A stretch of 64,000 nt of DNA, taken from Mytilus edulis (taxonomy: Eukaryota). Numbering within the stretch: position 1 is the first letter of the stretch; each line of letters begins with the position of its first letter. The stretch lies in the NCBI RefSeq assembly GCF_963676685.1, contig NC_092354.1:35774001-35838000 (forward strand). The letters are read 5' to 3'. Positions 47,809-59,564 of the stretch are shown piece after piece. The position numbers were made by a program, and so were the translations under genes. Under the pieces are notes generated by a model. That model had not been told where the DNA came from, did no database searches, and saw only the letters and a list, made by a program, of their open reading frames with translations.

Positions 47809-50800
47809 TTATATTTTATAATAAATTCCAATTTCTTTTAAAAAAGCAACAATATTTGTAAATGAAACATTATTAAATAAATCATACATATTATTGACAT
47901 TGAAATGCTTCTTACGAATATCAGCAAAGTCAATACAATTAATTAAAACATGTTTAATAGTATACTTGCAGTTGCAAGGAACACATTGTGGTTCATCTTC
48001 ATTTTTTAAAAGATACTCGTGTGTTATTTTAGTATGACCAATACGACATCTAGTAATAACACACTGATCTTTTCTGCACATAATATTATCAAAAGGTTTG
48101 CCTAAATTAGGTTTAATTTCATGCAATTTATTATCGTCTTTTTTACTCCATTTATTTTTCAATATATTAAAAACATATTCTCTAATATTAGATTTAAAAT
48201 CAGTATATGGTATATCACAGTTAGATAGAGGGTCACCCAGGGCATTCTTTGCCTCAAGGTCTACAGCTGTGTTTCCAAGGATTCCAACATGACTCGGAAC
48301 CCATAGAAATATTATTTCTTTCAGAAGAATTTTTAAATTCCTCATTACATATAAAATTTTCAGGATTGTTGGGTTTTTAATTTTAGTATTTCGTATAGCT
48401 TGTAAGCATGAAAGTGAATCCGAACATATAATAAATTTGGATTTATCTGAAGAAGCAATAAATTTCAAAGCCAAAATTATTGCTTCTGCTTCAGCAGTAA
48501 AGATGGATGCATCAGATGGCAAACGGAGGGTTGCAGCTCTGTCCCTGAAGACAGCAGCAGATGCAACTCTATCACCATCTTTTGATCCATCAGTATAGAC
48601 AGTTGAAAAATCGAGATAATCGGCTTTAATTTCAGCATAGTGTTGCTGAATTAAAAGAGGATTTGTTTTATTTTTATTGTGTTCACGGAGATCAAATATC
48701 ATTTTTGGTTTGGGAAGTTCCCATGGAGGACATTTGCAAGTTTGAACTTGAGCAACAGATTTTAAATCAAAAGAAGCTAAATGTGGTTTTAAACGTAAAC
48801 CTAACGGAGGAATTTTATGTTCATGTTTTGCAAAAATATCTTCATAAATCGGATTAAAAACACAGCTGTAGGCAGGATTATCTGAATGGGCTTTTAGTTT
48901 GACAGCATATTGAAGTCCAAGCTTCAAACGTCTGTCAGTGAGTGAGTGCTCATCAGCCTCTACATACAGACTCTCAACTGGTGAGGTTTTAAATGCGCCA
49001 AGACAGAGACGCAAACCTTGGTGATGCACAGCATCGAGAATCTGTATGTAGGACTTCCTTGCAGAGCCATACACTATAGAGCCATAATCTAGTTTAGATC
49101 TAACAAGAGATCTATATAAATTGAGTAAAATGTTGCGATCAGCACCCCAGTCAGTGCTGCCGACAACTTTTAAAATATCTAAAGCTTTTAAACATCTCGC
49201 TTTTAACATTTTGATATGGGGTAGAAAGGTTAACTTTTTATCGAAAATTAACCCAAGAAATTTGGTTTCATCAACCATTTTAATTGGGTTGCCGTACAAA
49301 GTTAGTTCTGGATCAAGATGCAATTTTCTTTTGTTACAAAAATGCATCCCGACCGTTTTTGAAGTGGAAAATTTAAAACCATTTTCCGAGGCCCATTTTT
49401 CAATTCTTCCAAGACATAATTGTAATTGTCTTTCAATGTTATTCATATTTTTGCCTCTGTAACATATTAAAAAATCATCAACGTACAATGAACCTTCAAT
49501 ATTACTTTTTAAAACTTCAACAAGGCTGTTGATTTTAAGACTAAATAATGTAACAGATAAAATACTGCCCTGAGGGACACCCATCTCTTGATCATAAAGA
49601 TCAGACATGGTCGAATTAACTCTAACATTAAATTGTCTGTTAGAGAGAAAATTAGAAATAAAATTAGGCATATTGCCTTTCAACCCCATATCAAATAGAT
49701 CTTTTAAAATACCATATTTCCATGCAGTATCATAGGCCTTCTCAAGGTCGAAAAAGACCGACACCACATGCTCATTTTTCGCAAAACCATTACGGACAAA
49801 TGATTCGAATCGAACAAGATGATCAAGAGTACTGCGACCCTGTCGGAATCCACACTGAATATTGGCTAATAGCCCATTGGATTCCAGGAACCAAACAAGG
49901 CGATCATTGACCATCCGTTCGAGTGTTTTACAGACACAACTGGTAAGAGCAATTGGTCGATAATTAATAGGATCCGTATGATCTTTACTTGGTTTTGGAA
50001 TAGGCACGACGGTTGCAAGCTTCCAGATTGATGGTAAATCACCAGATTCCCAGATGTTATTCATGAGCTGCAAGAGAGCTTCTAGCGAGGAATCTGGCAA
50101 GTGTTTTAAGAGTTGGTAGTGAATATTATCAGGCCCACAAGCTGTATCATGGGCTTTTGACAGAGATGTTTTAAGTTCTTCAAGAGAAAATAGTTTATTA
50201 TAATTTTCACCATTTTTTGATTTAAAGTTTAATTTAATTTTTTCCTTTTGTTTTTTAACTTTTTTAAAGTCTTCCCTGTAGTTGTTACAAGAAGAAGACT
50301 TTGCAAAAGTTTCACCAAGTTTGTTGGCAATATCCTTTTCAGATGTTAATAAATTATTGCCGTCTTTCAAATGTTTTACAGTGGCTTTAGAATTTTTACC
50401 TTTTATTTTATTTACCATATTCCAAACTTTTGTCATCGGAGTGCGAGATGTAATCCCCGAGACAAATTTTTTCCAGGATGTTCGTCGGGCTTGCCTACAA
50501 GTCCGCCGTGCCTTAGCGCGAAAAATACGGAAATTACTCAAGTTTTCCGTCGTTGGTTGTTGATTGAACCGTCTTTCAGATTTTTTACGGTCACCTATGG
50601 CTTGATCACATGCGTCATCAAACCATGGTTTACTGGGATGTTTTGGATTTGCCGAGGTCTTAGGAATAGTTCTGTCAGCAATTGACGTTAGAACTGTATT
50701 AAAAGTTAAAATTGGATCTTGCACAGTCTCAAACATCTTTGACTGAAGTTCCGTTCGACAGAGATTCTCAAACAAGGACCAGTCCGCCTTGTCAAGTTTC

Positions 50801-51480
50801 CAACGTGGTACTCTCTGTTGGGCAGAATTAAAAAAATGTTCAAGTACTATTGGAAAGTGATCACTTCCACATAGATCATCATGAACACGCCATGAATAAT
50901 CCAGGAGCAGAGAGGGATCGCATATAGTGATATCAATAGAAGAATAAGACCCGTTTCCAGGATGAAGATACGTATTAGATCCATCATTAAAAATGCATAA
51001 TCCTTCTTGAGAGACAAAGTCCTCAATGATCTTACCTTTGGCATTATGAGTCTTGCTACCCCATAATTGATTGTGGGCATTGAAGTCGCCCATAAGTATA
51101 AATGGTGAGGGTAATTGATCAGTGAGGTTTTTGAGTTTTGCTTTATCGATAATTGAATTAGGTGGAATATATATCGAACATAATGTAATTGTTTTGTCTA
51201 ATGATAAACGAATTGCAACTGCTTGCAGATCCGTTGTGAGTTGGACTGTGCTATGAATGACGTTGTCCTTCACAAAAATGGATGATCCGCCTGCAGCACG
51301 TTCATCTACCTTAGAAAATGTGCTATACATGTTGTATCCTTTTAAAGATACGTTGTCACTTTCTTTTAGATGAGTTTCTTGAAGACAAAATGCAATAAGT
51401 AAAAAAGACTGAACTAGAAGTGTTAACTCGAGAAGATTTATTTTAAGACCTCGGCAATTCCATTGGATTATATTTGTCAT
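47809..51480 (-). CDS. LINE ORF2: AP endonuclease, reverse transcriptase, RNase H and CCHC finger (1223 aa, intact)
   Basis: QWNCRG, LQET, GDFNAH, SDHFP; YRPIAL, DLEKAYD, GVPQG, YVDD; YTDGS, AEAEAI, SDSLS, GNTAVD; CVPC...H....C. Confidence 0.97.
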   Translation of the reverse strand: MTNIIQWNCRGLKINLLELTLLVQSFLLIAFCLQETHLKESDNVSLKGYNMYSTFSKVDERAAGGSSIFVKDNVIHSTVQLTTDLQAVAIRLSLDKTITLCSIYIPPNSIIDKAKLKNLTDQLPSPFILMGDFNAHNQLWGSKTHNAKGKIIEDFVSQEGLCIFNDGSNTYLHPGNGSYSSIDITICDPSLLLDYSWRVHDDLCGSDHFPIVLEHFFNSAQQRVPRWKLDKADWSLFENLCRTELQSKMFETVQDPILTFNTVLTSIADRTIPKTSANPKHPSKPWFDDACDQAIGDRKKSERRFNQQPTTENLSNFRIFRAKARRTCRQARRTSWKKFVSGITSRTPMTKVWNMVNKIKGKNSKATVKHLKDGNNLLTSEKDIANKLGETFAKSSSCNNYREDFKKVKKQKEKIKLNFKSKNGENYNKLFSLEELKTSLSKAHDTACGPDNIHYQLLKHLPDSSLEALLQLMNNIWESGDLPSIWKLATVVPIPKPSKDHTDPINYRPIALTSCVCKTLERMVNDRLVWFLESNGLLANIQCGFRQGRSTLDHLVRFESFVRNGFAKNEHVVSVFFDLEKAYDTAWKYGILKDLFDMGLKGNMPNFISNFLSNRQFNVRVNSTMSDLYDQEMGVPQGSILSVTLFSLKINSLVEVLKSNIEGSLYVDDFLICYRGKNMNNIERQLQLCLGRIEKWASENGFKFSTSKTVGMHFCNKRKLHLDPELTLYGNPIKMVDETKFLGLIFDKKLTFLPHIKMLKARCLKALDILKVVGSTDWGADRNILLNLYRSLVRSKLDYGSIVYGSARKSYIQILDAVHHQGLRLCLGAFKTSPVESLYVEADEHSLTDRRLKLGLQYAVKLKAHSDNPAYSCVFNPIYEDIFAKHEHKIPPLGLRLKPHLASFDLKSVAQVQTCKCPPWELPKPKMIFDLREHNKNKTNPLLIQQHYAEIKADYLDFSTVYTDGSKDGDRVASAAVFRDRAATLRLPSDASIFTAEAEAIILALKFIASSDKSKFIICSDSLSCLQAIRNTKIKNPTILKILYVMRNLKILLKEIIFLWVPSHVGILGNTAVDLEAKNALGDPLSNCDIPYTDFKSNIREYVFNILKNKWSKKDDNKLHEIKPNLGKPFDNIMCRKDQCVITRCRIGHTKITHEYLLKNEDEPQCVPCNCKYTIKHVLINCIDFADIRKKHFNVNNMYDLFNNVSFTNIVAFLKEIGIYYKI

Positions 51481-53001
51481 TATTTAATAAAAGAAGGGCG
51501 AATGCTGTCGAGTTTGCCAGCATTCTTATTTCGCTCACCCTGAGATCGTGATCTTTCGGGTGGCGGAACACTTTCGGTTTCCATTTCAGTTTCGATGATA
51601 AGTGTTGAAAATCTGTTGTGCGAGGAGAGTCGTCGATCTCCAGGACTACGCGCAGCTGGTGTTACTCCGCCTCGACCCCTACCCCGCGACCTCGAATCAG
51701 AAGACTTCTGAGAGGATGAATTTCCTGGCTTCTTTTGGACATCCTTCTTTTCTTGAGAACGAAGAGGAGATGGGGCTCTGGTAGACTGTTTACTGGACGA
51801 AGAAGATACCTTCTTGGATGCAGATGAAGGAAGACTTTTGGAGGTGGAAGAATCATCTATATCACTGGGAAGATCCCAGACAGATTCACCGCTCCAATTG
51901 TGTATTTCTACTGTTTCTTTTTTATTTGATTTTTTTTTCTCATTTTTTTTTTGGTGATGATAGTGAGCTCTGTAGGGAAGATTGAGTTGACTGAGTACTG
52001 GTTTTGGAAGATATTGGTTTTCTTGGAATTAATATTCTATCGGTAGGTTCTGTTTCAACAGGCAGCATTTTAAAATTGTCCGCATCAATTGGCCAAGTCA
52101 TGCGAGTTTGTGTATTCTCGTGACTGAATGAGCGGACAACTTTGCTGGCGTACGATGGTCTGTTTGAAACAAGGAGATCATTCGAAACAGAAGCTATCTG
52201 TTTAGCTTCTGGGTAACTAATGTTTCTTTCTGTTTTAATTTTAATAATATTTTTTTCTTTAAGGTAAACAGGGCAGTCCCTAGACGATGAAAAATGGGAT
52301 TCACCACAGTTTACACATTTAGAAGATTCAGAGTGACAGTTTGTTCCCTCGTGTCCTTCGTCAGAACACTTGAAGCATCTCTGCTTACCACGACATTGTT
52401 TGCTTCCATGACCAACCTTTTGACAAGTAAAGCATCGAATTGGGTTAGGGATAAACATGTCAACTCTGATTCCGAAGCAACCTAAAGTAATAGATGGAGG
52501 AGGAGTTGGAGTTCTAAAGGTCAAAAGATAAGTATTTAATTTGATTATATTTCCATTCTTTTTAATTTGAAATCTAATAACATTAGTTACACCTTGGCTT
52601 GAAAGTTCCTCACCGATTTCTTCCACGGTAAGGTCACCAAGGTATTGACTTCTGTCTCGAATGATCCCCTTACAGCTGTTCAAACTGTTATGAGGAGAGG
52701 CAGAAACAGGAAAGTTTGATATTGTAGACATTGTAAGTAAATTTGTTGATTGACTTTTGTTGGAACATTCAACCAACAAATTGCCAGATCTCATTTTTAA
52801 AACTTTTTTAACAGTACCAGCAACGCTTTGAATTTGTTTGTGAATTACAAAGGGCGATATTTTTGAAATTGGTTTTTCTTCTGTTCCTTTTATTACAATA
52901 AATCTGGGCCAACTGTCATCTTCCCGACAGGGCTCTGAATCATCACATTTTCTTTTCTTATGTATTAAAGCTGATATCGAGGGTTTGTTTTGTTGTGCCA
53001 T
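51480..53001 (-). CDS. LINE ORF1: gag-like protein with three CCHC knuckles; one extra A in an A10 run (51943-51952)
   Basis: Likely start ATG at 53001 (MAQQN). Knuckles CFTCQKVGHGSKQC, CFKCSDEGHEGTNC and CVNCGESH. Removing one A extends the frame through NRFSTL to TAA at 51482-51480. Confidence 0.88.
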
Positions 53002-53749
53002 ATGAAAGGAGAAAGATTCACCATTCTTGCCATCCACCCACCTCGGAGTGCCTACAAGGGCGATGCTGTGTTTCCGTGGCGAACCGGGATCGAGTGCTAA
53101 TGCTGAAAACGAGCTCCATATATAATGTAGCTGGTCCTCAAAATCAGCACCCAAGATCCACTGCGGAAAGCACCAGATGTTCCAAGAATAGTATACTCAA
53201 GCAGAGCGTATCCATCAAGCGAAAAAGAAAGCGTACCACTTGATTGACCCATGAGCCATCGCCTTCTTCAGTTATCCAAAATATAAATAGCTTAATTTAA
53301 AATACATGTGTATATTATGAAAATTGTTACAAGAAAGCTTATTGTTGAGGATTAACTGAAGGGCTCGACATGACCAGCCGATTGATCGAACCGGGTCCAT
53401 CCGACCTCCCGTTTAGATGATTTCGAAGCCAAAGCAGCTTATTGAACTATAGTCTCGTCCGTCCGGGTATTTTCTGACCGTAAGGAGTCTGGCTATAGCC
53501 CTCATCCACAAGGATCTCGTCAACCACCGACACGGGTAGCAACCCACGGCAAACGGGTTGGAGAGCCTATTTTATTTAAAACATCGGGCATCTCACGATG
53601 TTCGGATCACTTTAGTCTGGTCTCTACCCTTCGACCTGTCCAGCATGGGTAACCCTACCAGGAGACGAAGCTCCAGCTGGCATAGCTCTTGGGGTCACTG
53701 AGACACGCAAGCCCTCCGACCACGGCAAGGATAGCGATCCACCGGAGGG
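53002..53749 (-). promoter_or_regulatory. About 750-nt GC-rich, structured LINE 5' UTR
   Basis: Lies between the TSD and the ORF1 ATG and contains multiple complementary segments (see findings). Confidence 0.7.
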
Positions 53750-54504
53750 AACCAAATAATTAAAGAAGTAATATGTATCAATGAACTTAATTACATATGT
53801 TTTGAAACGGTACCGCGGATTATATTATAAACATCCGGTTGTTCTAGTGTATCATTAGTACATGAAAAAATGTATTTAATTCTTGCATTTTTTAAATTTC
53901 TTTTTGAAACAGTGATTGAGGGTAATTCAAGAGAAGAAACAGGTTAAGTGGTATCCTTCTGTGGTTAAAGAAGAGCCCACAGACCACCTTCCCACCACTG
54001 CAAATTGTGAGGAGTCAATTCTTGGTATGTTATTAATATAAAAAGAATTAAAAAAAAAACATCAACAGACAATATAAAAAAAGATGTGGTATGATTGCCA
54101 ATCAGAAAATTTTCTACAAGAGACCAAAATGAAACGGAAATTAAGAACTGTAGATCAGCATATACCCTTCAACAATGAGCAAAACCCATACCGCATAGTG
54201 ATCTATAACAGGTCTGGAAATAACAATATAAAACAATTCAAACGAGAAAACTAAATTCAGGTCGAAATTTCAAATGTACTCAAAGATTCGGACTCCTTTA
54301 CCTTTTTTTTCGACAGAAATGCATAATTTTTTTAATTTATTTTAAAAAAGAAACACAAGCTTGTTTTTTTAATCTATTTGTAAATTCCGTTTTATATAAA
54401 TCGTAAATGTCCTGAAAATTGGCGCATTTTCAAAATCTACATTCAGAATAAATTTACCGCGTATCTATATATGAAGATAAACATATTTTACTAAATCTTT
54501 CGAG

Positions 54505-55135
54505 CCTCTTGACTGTTCCACGGACAATGCCGTATACGGAATCGAATGTACTTTGTGTGGACTACTTTATGTTGTTGAAACTCGTCAAACTTAGCATAAA
54601 AGAATGAATCAACACCGGTCTGATAATAAAGATCCTCAATTTAGGGTTCTTTATAACCATTTTAATCAACTGGACCATGATCTTTCTTTATCTATGAAAG
54701 TACGCATCATTGAGAAAATTTATTTTCAAAATCAGTCTGTTCCTATTGTATCCTACAATTACACCAAAACCATTACACCTAAAATATTTAACTACAAACA
54801 AGCATTGCAGGACCTTAACTTAGAACAATACCTAAAAACCCTCAGACATGTGACTGTTCCCATTCGCCTTATAATTACAGCCCCTCTGGTCATGTTATAA
54901 CTGGGAATCTTAACATAATTCAACATGATAGGTGATTTATCATGGTCCTAAGTTTAGAGAACCCCAACACATCAATTGGAACCATAACTTCAAAAATAAT
55001 TATGGATTGCATTCTGGACTACGCCAGAGCAAGGGCTAAGCGAGAAGAAGTTGAACTGGGCACTTTGTCAGAATGGGTTAAAACTATCAAGTCTCTGATA
55101 AAACGTCGCATTCAACAGTTGAAAAACTGTGTAAA
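54505..55135 (+). pseudogene. Penelope-like element fragment with GIY-YIG endonuclease upstream of the pre-RT region (Naiad/Chlamys-type order)
   Basis: CSTDNAVYGIECTLCGLLYVVET...RMNQHR...HF...H, then KIFNYK, HVITGNL, GPKFREP and LSEWVK. Confidence 0.7.
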
Positions 55136-57374
55136 TAAACTCAGCATAGATGATACCAGGACTAAATTTTGTATAAACGCCACACGCGCGTTTCGTCTAC
55201 AAAAATCTTCGAAAATCATAAGAAAGTAAAATATAAGTGAACAAGTTACCAATAAATACAATTGGTAGGTCCTGTCATAATAAAGGCCATTCGGGATGAT
55301 GGTCTAGGAAATTTGGACTGCCACTGGAATTTGAGTGTATGTATATTGGTTAGGGACAGAAATTTTGCCTTTCAAAAGGCCACATATGAACCCCTCTAAG
55401 AGTAGTTAATTTATTGGATATATAATATTGATTATGTTATCAGTACCTTAAAAGCAAATTAAATATTTCTAGTATGCTATATACATATACACATTCATGG
55501 ATCTACAATACAATTTGTTTATATATATTGTTATGTCATATCAAATTTTAAAGAAGTTTGGTATGACATTATTGTTGTTTACAGGTTATCTCTATATATT
55601 ATAAAATATCCAAGATAACAACCAAAAACGACAAAATTCCCTTTAAATTACCAATTTTGGGGCAGCAACCCAACAACGAATTTTCCGATTCATCTGAAAA
55701 TTTCCGGGCAGATAGATCTTGACCTGATAAACAATTTAACCCCAGATATGCTCTAAATGCTTTGGTTTCAGAAATATAAACAAAAATCTACATTTTACCC
55801 CTATGTTCTATTTTTAGCCATGATGACCATTTTGGATGGTTGACCGTGTCACTGGACACTTTTTTTAAACTGCATACCCCAATGATGAGTGTGGTCAAGT
55901 TTGGTTTAATTTGACCCAGTAGTACCAGAGCAGATTTTTGCAAATTTTAACAACGACGACGGACGCAAAGTGATTAGAAAAGCTCACGAAGGGCCAGGTG
56001 AGTCAAGAACAATTACATATAAGTTGATGTTTGAAATGATAAATCTGTCCAAAAATACTTCTTTTCATTATTAAAAATGTCGTATAACCCGAGTCAAAAA
56101 TACACATACTAAAACACATTTTAAGCTTACATTTAGTAGCCTTTTAACCATTTATATACTGTATATATTGGATTCCTGTTTTTAATTATAAAGTTATCTA
56201 TTAAACTAAACCAAACACAGAAGATAAAGACAGAGAAAATGTTTTCCATTCATCTTGAAATTTTGCAATTATATAAAAGTTAGTTTATTTTTCGAGACTT
56301 CTAACTTCACGTCAGTGTGTATGGTCAATCCAACGTACACTCAATTATATTGCAGAGTGATACCGTTTGAAGAACCAGTCGAGTGATTAATAAATGGGAT
56401 TCATTCTTAAGGTTATTAATACATTTAACATTAAGCCGAACCTTTTCCTGTGTTTTCAGACTTATACAGAAAATAGTTGGTAAATGTATTTTGTACGTAT
56501 ATTTTAAAATGTTCTGGACATCTATGCAGTAAAGCTATGATACTTGCATGTTATCTTTTTCTTTACCTTAACTACATTTTTTATCTTTAATATCAAATAT
56601 AAAGTAGGTTAATGACACATCAACGAAGTGAGCTCTCAGAGAGACATTAACCAACATACATTCATCTCCAAAAAAATTTATAAATGCCTTACCGGAAAGA
56701 GCTTTAACAAAAGAAAACAAAAGATTGATAACATGCAATTAGTCTTTACATTTTTCCAACACACAACTGTCAAAAGGGGATTACCATTAGTGTAAATTCA
56801 ACAATGGGTGAGTGACGTACATTGCAAGTTTACTTTTGTCATTTACTGTTTAAAGTTCTTATTATGAAGTTGAAACCAAATCAGTTTGCTTCCAATGTCG
56901 TTGATACAAAGGTTCAACTATCAACATTTTAGTCCCTCCAAAACAATTTATTCAATTAAAATTCATATAAGGGAAGACAACGTATTTTTCGTATTTTCAG
57001 AGACATACCATAAGATAACCGCATCGCCATATCAGATAGAAAACATTACAAGTTAACAATAAGGTCCTGGACATTGGGACTGTCACTTGAAAATGAGTTC
57101 ATTAGATTGTTGCTGGCGTTCTAACCGTGCAGATTGCGTGGAGCTTCCTGTAAAGGATGCATTGGATTTTACGTCCCACACCACCGAAAAGACGCCCGAC
57201 TTTTTGGCTAGCATGTTGCTGCCATTCGGCCTTACTTCTAATGACCAGTCACACTTTTGGGGATTTATGAAAGAGGAAATCAACTCACAAGTGGTGGTAC
57301 ATAATTCACTACTTAATGCAATAAACAGGCTGTCCATGTGAGAAAACTAAGGAATACTAGCAGTGGTCAGACAA

Positions 57375-57645
57375 TTTTACAAATATTTCAAATCAATTTG
57401 ACCCTCTGGCCATGTATGTGAAAAATGATAAATTTTCAACCACTTAATCTTATTTTCACCAAAAAGTATACAGATCATTTGACCATCATAAGAAACAACT
57501 ATGTTAAGTTTCATAAAATTTGGATAAGTCGTTCTCAAGTTACGGTGCGACATGTTTACGCCGGACGGACAGACGGACGGACAGACACCGGACATTTGTA
57601 TACCATAATATGTCCCGTCAAAATTTTGACGGGCGTATAAAAAAA
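57375..57645 (-). mobile_element. Helentron 5' fragment
   Basis: CCCGTCAAAATTTTGACGGG hairpin next to TATAAAAA and a (GACG/GACA)n microsatellite. Confidence 0.6.
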
Positions 57646-59319
57646 TGAATGAAAAACAAATATGTAACCACATAGACAAACGACAACCACTGAATTACCA
57701 TGATTACAGGCTCCGGACTTGCAACAGGCACATACATAAGCTACATGTGTGAAAGGCATGAAACATGTGAAATGACATAAAAAATGTAAAGCAATTTAAT
57801 TAAAAAAAAATATATAAAATGACCATACAACATAGATTAAGGAGATAAAAATCCAACAAAATATTCAACGGACATCTAGAGGGAGATTTTGCTACATTTT
57901 TACTGCAAACTAATGCCAGACAAAAACGCCAGATTAATTATCAAAATAATGAATTTTAGATAGAGCATGCGGTATACAGGTCATATATTATGTACATATG
58001 AATGAGTTAGCAGTTGGGAGTCCTTAAAACAAGGAAAGGGAGGCTTGTTTATAAGGACCTTTTCTGGGAAGTCAGAATTTACCCTTTTGAGGTCTAAGTG
58101 ATTCCCTATATAATCAACCAATCAAAAAAAAGGGGGGGGGAACCCTTATGGATTTTATTCACCATCTATTGATTCGTAGGGGGTCAGTAGTTAACTGTAT
58201 AATGAAAATGCTGCCTTTTGATAAAAATAAACAATGAAACACAACATTAATAGATGATGTCACCATTAACGTGTCATGAACTCCCTACTATGGTCTCATA
58301 GGGGGTCACCATAAGATGGCGTTAAACCAATCACGTCATAATCTTCCCGCTGTGCGATAAAAGCAAATATTGGAACTTTAATGACCTTATTTTTATATTT
58401 TTGATAGTTTCCCAATATTTTTACATATTCTAAAGCTGGAATTTGAAAAAAAAAGACTTATTCAGTGACTGTTAGGCACTACAAATGTTCAATGATGGAT
58501 AATAAACTTAATTCACATAGTTTTTTCACCCCCCCCCCCCCCTTCTTAACTTAATTTTGAAAAAATTGATTGACCAATAGGGATATATATATATATGTAT
58601 GTAAAATCGATTTTGGATTATCAAAACTTGCAGCAATGTTGACCCCCAACCCCAAACTATTTGATTTAAGTTTTTTTATCCCACATCGATCTTTTGATGT
58701 CGTCCCTTATTGTCTAGGTGTCCCAGAATATTTTTTTTTTAGTGGTCATAATTATTTTGACTTAAGACGATATGTTACCACCACAGTGATATTGTTTGCC
58801 TTAAATAAATGGAGAATAAAGGCTTTTTCCCGTGGAGAAAAATCCCAATTTGAAACAAAAATGGCTTAAAATTATTCCCAAAAAGTCAACTTTTTTCACA
58901 AACAATGCAGTCTTAGTAGTAAAAGTGCATGAATTCAAACAGAAAAACACTCTTTCAGACATTTTTCATGCCTAAAATGACTATATGTGCAGATTTGAGG
59001 GTATATTTATGCATCTTCACTGACAATAAGGGGTATAACTTGAAATGAAGGTTTACCTCTAGAAAGGGGGTCTGCAAATTTAAGTTCCAGTCAAATTCCT
59101 GGTTTATTTTATATTTCCCAATTGGAAAAAAATGACACATATTTTCCCAATAAAAATGGGTAGAGGTAGTTTTGAAAAAAGCCAACAATATCACTGCACC
59201 AGATTGCAATGAGACTTGCCTATCAACCAGTGACCAAATGAAGTAAATATTAGTAACCATTGGTCCTAACAATAAACAAAACCAAAACTTGTACCAAGCT
59301 ATTATACTAAAATAAGGCC

Positions 59320-59564
59320 TAGTCCAAGTAATTATGACGTCTGGCAAGGCTATTTTAATTTTTATCCTGGGACGCTAGGAAGGTGTCCCAGAAAAAAATT
59401 AAAATAGCCTTGCCAGACGTCATAATTATTAAAACTAAATGAAATAAGGCCTATTCCAAATAATTATGACGTCTGGCAAGGCTATTTTAATTTCTTCGGC
59501 GTCCCCAAGGACTTATATATATAAAATAAATTAGCCTTGCCAGACATCATAATTATTTGGACTA
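59320..59564. mobile_element. Tandem pair of palindromic Academ-type MITEs (TAG...CTA) with 9-bp TSD AATAAGGCC
   Basis: Copies at 59320-59437 and 59452-59564; AATAAGGCC at 59311, 59443 and 59565. Confidence 0.8.

Larger units (their letters stand above)
47582..53749 (-). mobile_element. Full-length I-group (Nimb-like) non-LTR retrotransposon
   Basis: TSD AACCAAATAATT at 47570-47581 and 53750-53761; two ORFs; 3' stem-loop CGCCGC/GCGGCG and (TCAA)n tail. Confidence 0.95.

Noticed and set aside
53002-53154. N-terminal 51 aa of the 404-aa ORF in the track
   Set aside because: Starts at a non-ATG codon inside the structured 5' UTR; ATG at 53001 is the more plausible start.
53430-53625. Group I intron or lariat-capping ribozyme based on CAGACUA
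   Set aside because: A convincing P7 partner and the P3-P8 arrangement could not be built by eye.
53913-54024. Coding exon (VKEEPTDHLP...)
   Set aside because: Splice sites are present, but the frame carrying this peptide begins with TGA and needs a 1-bp correction; at best a pseudo-exon with no identifiable family.
57083-57341. Overlapping 84-aa ORFs on both strands
   Set aside because: No recognisable domain, and frames from the upstream acceptor at 57000 hit stops.
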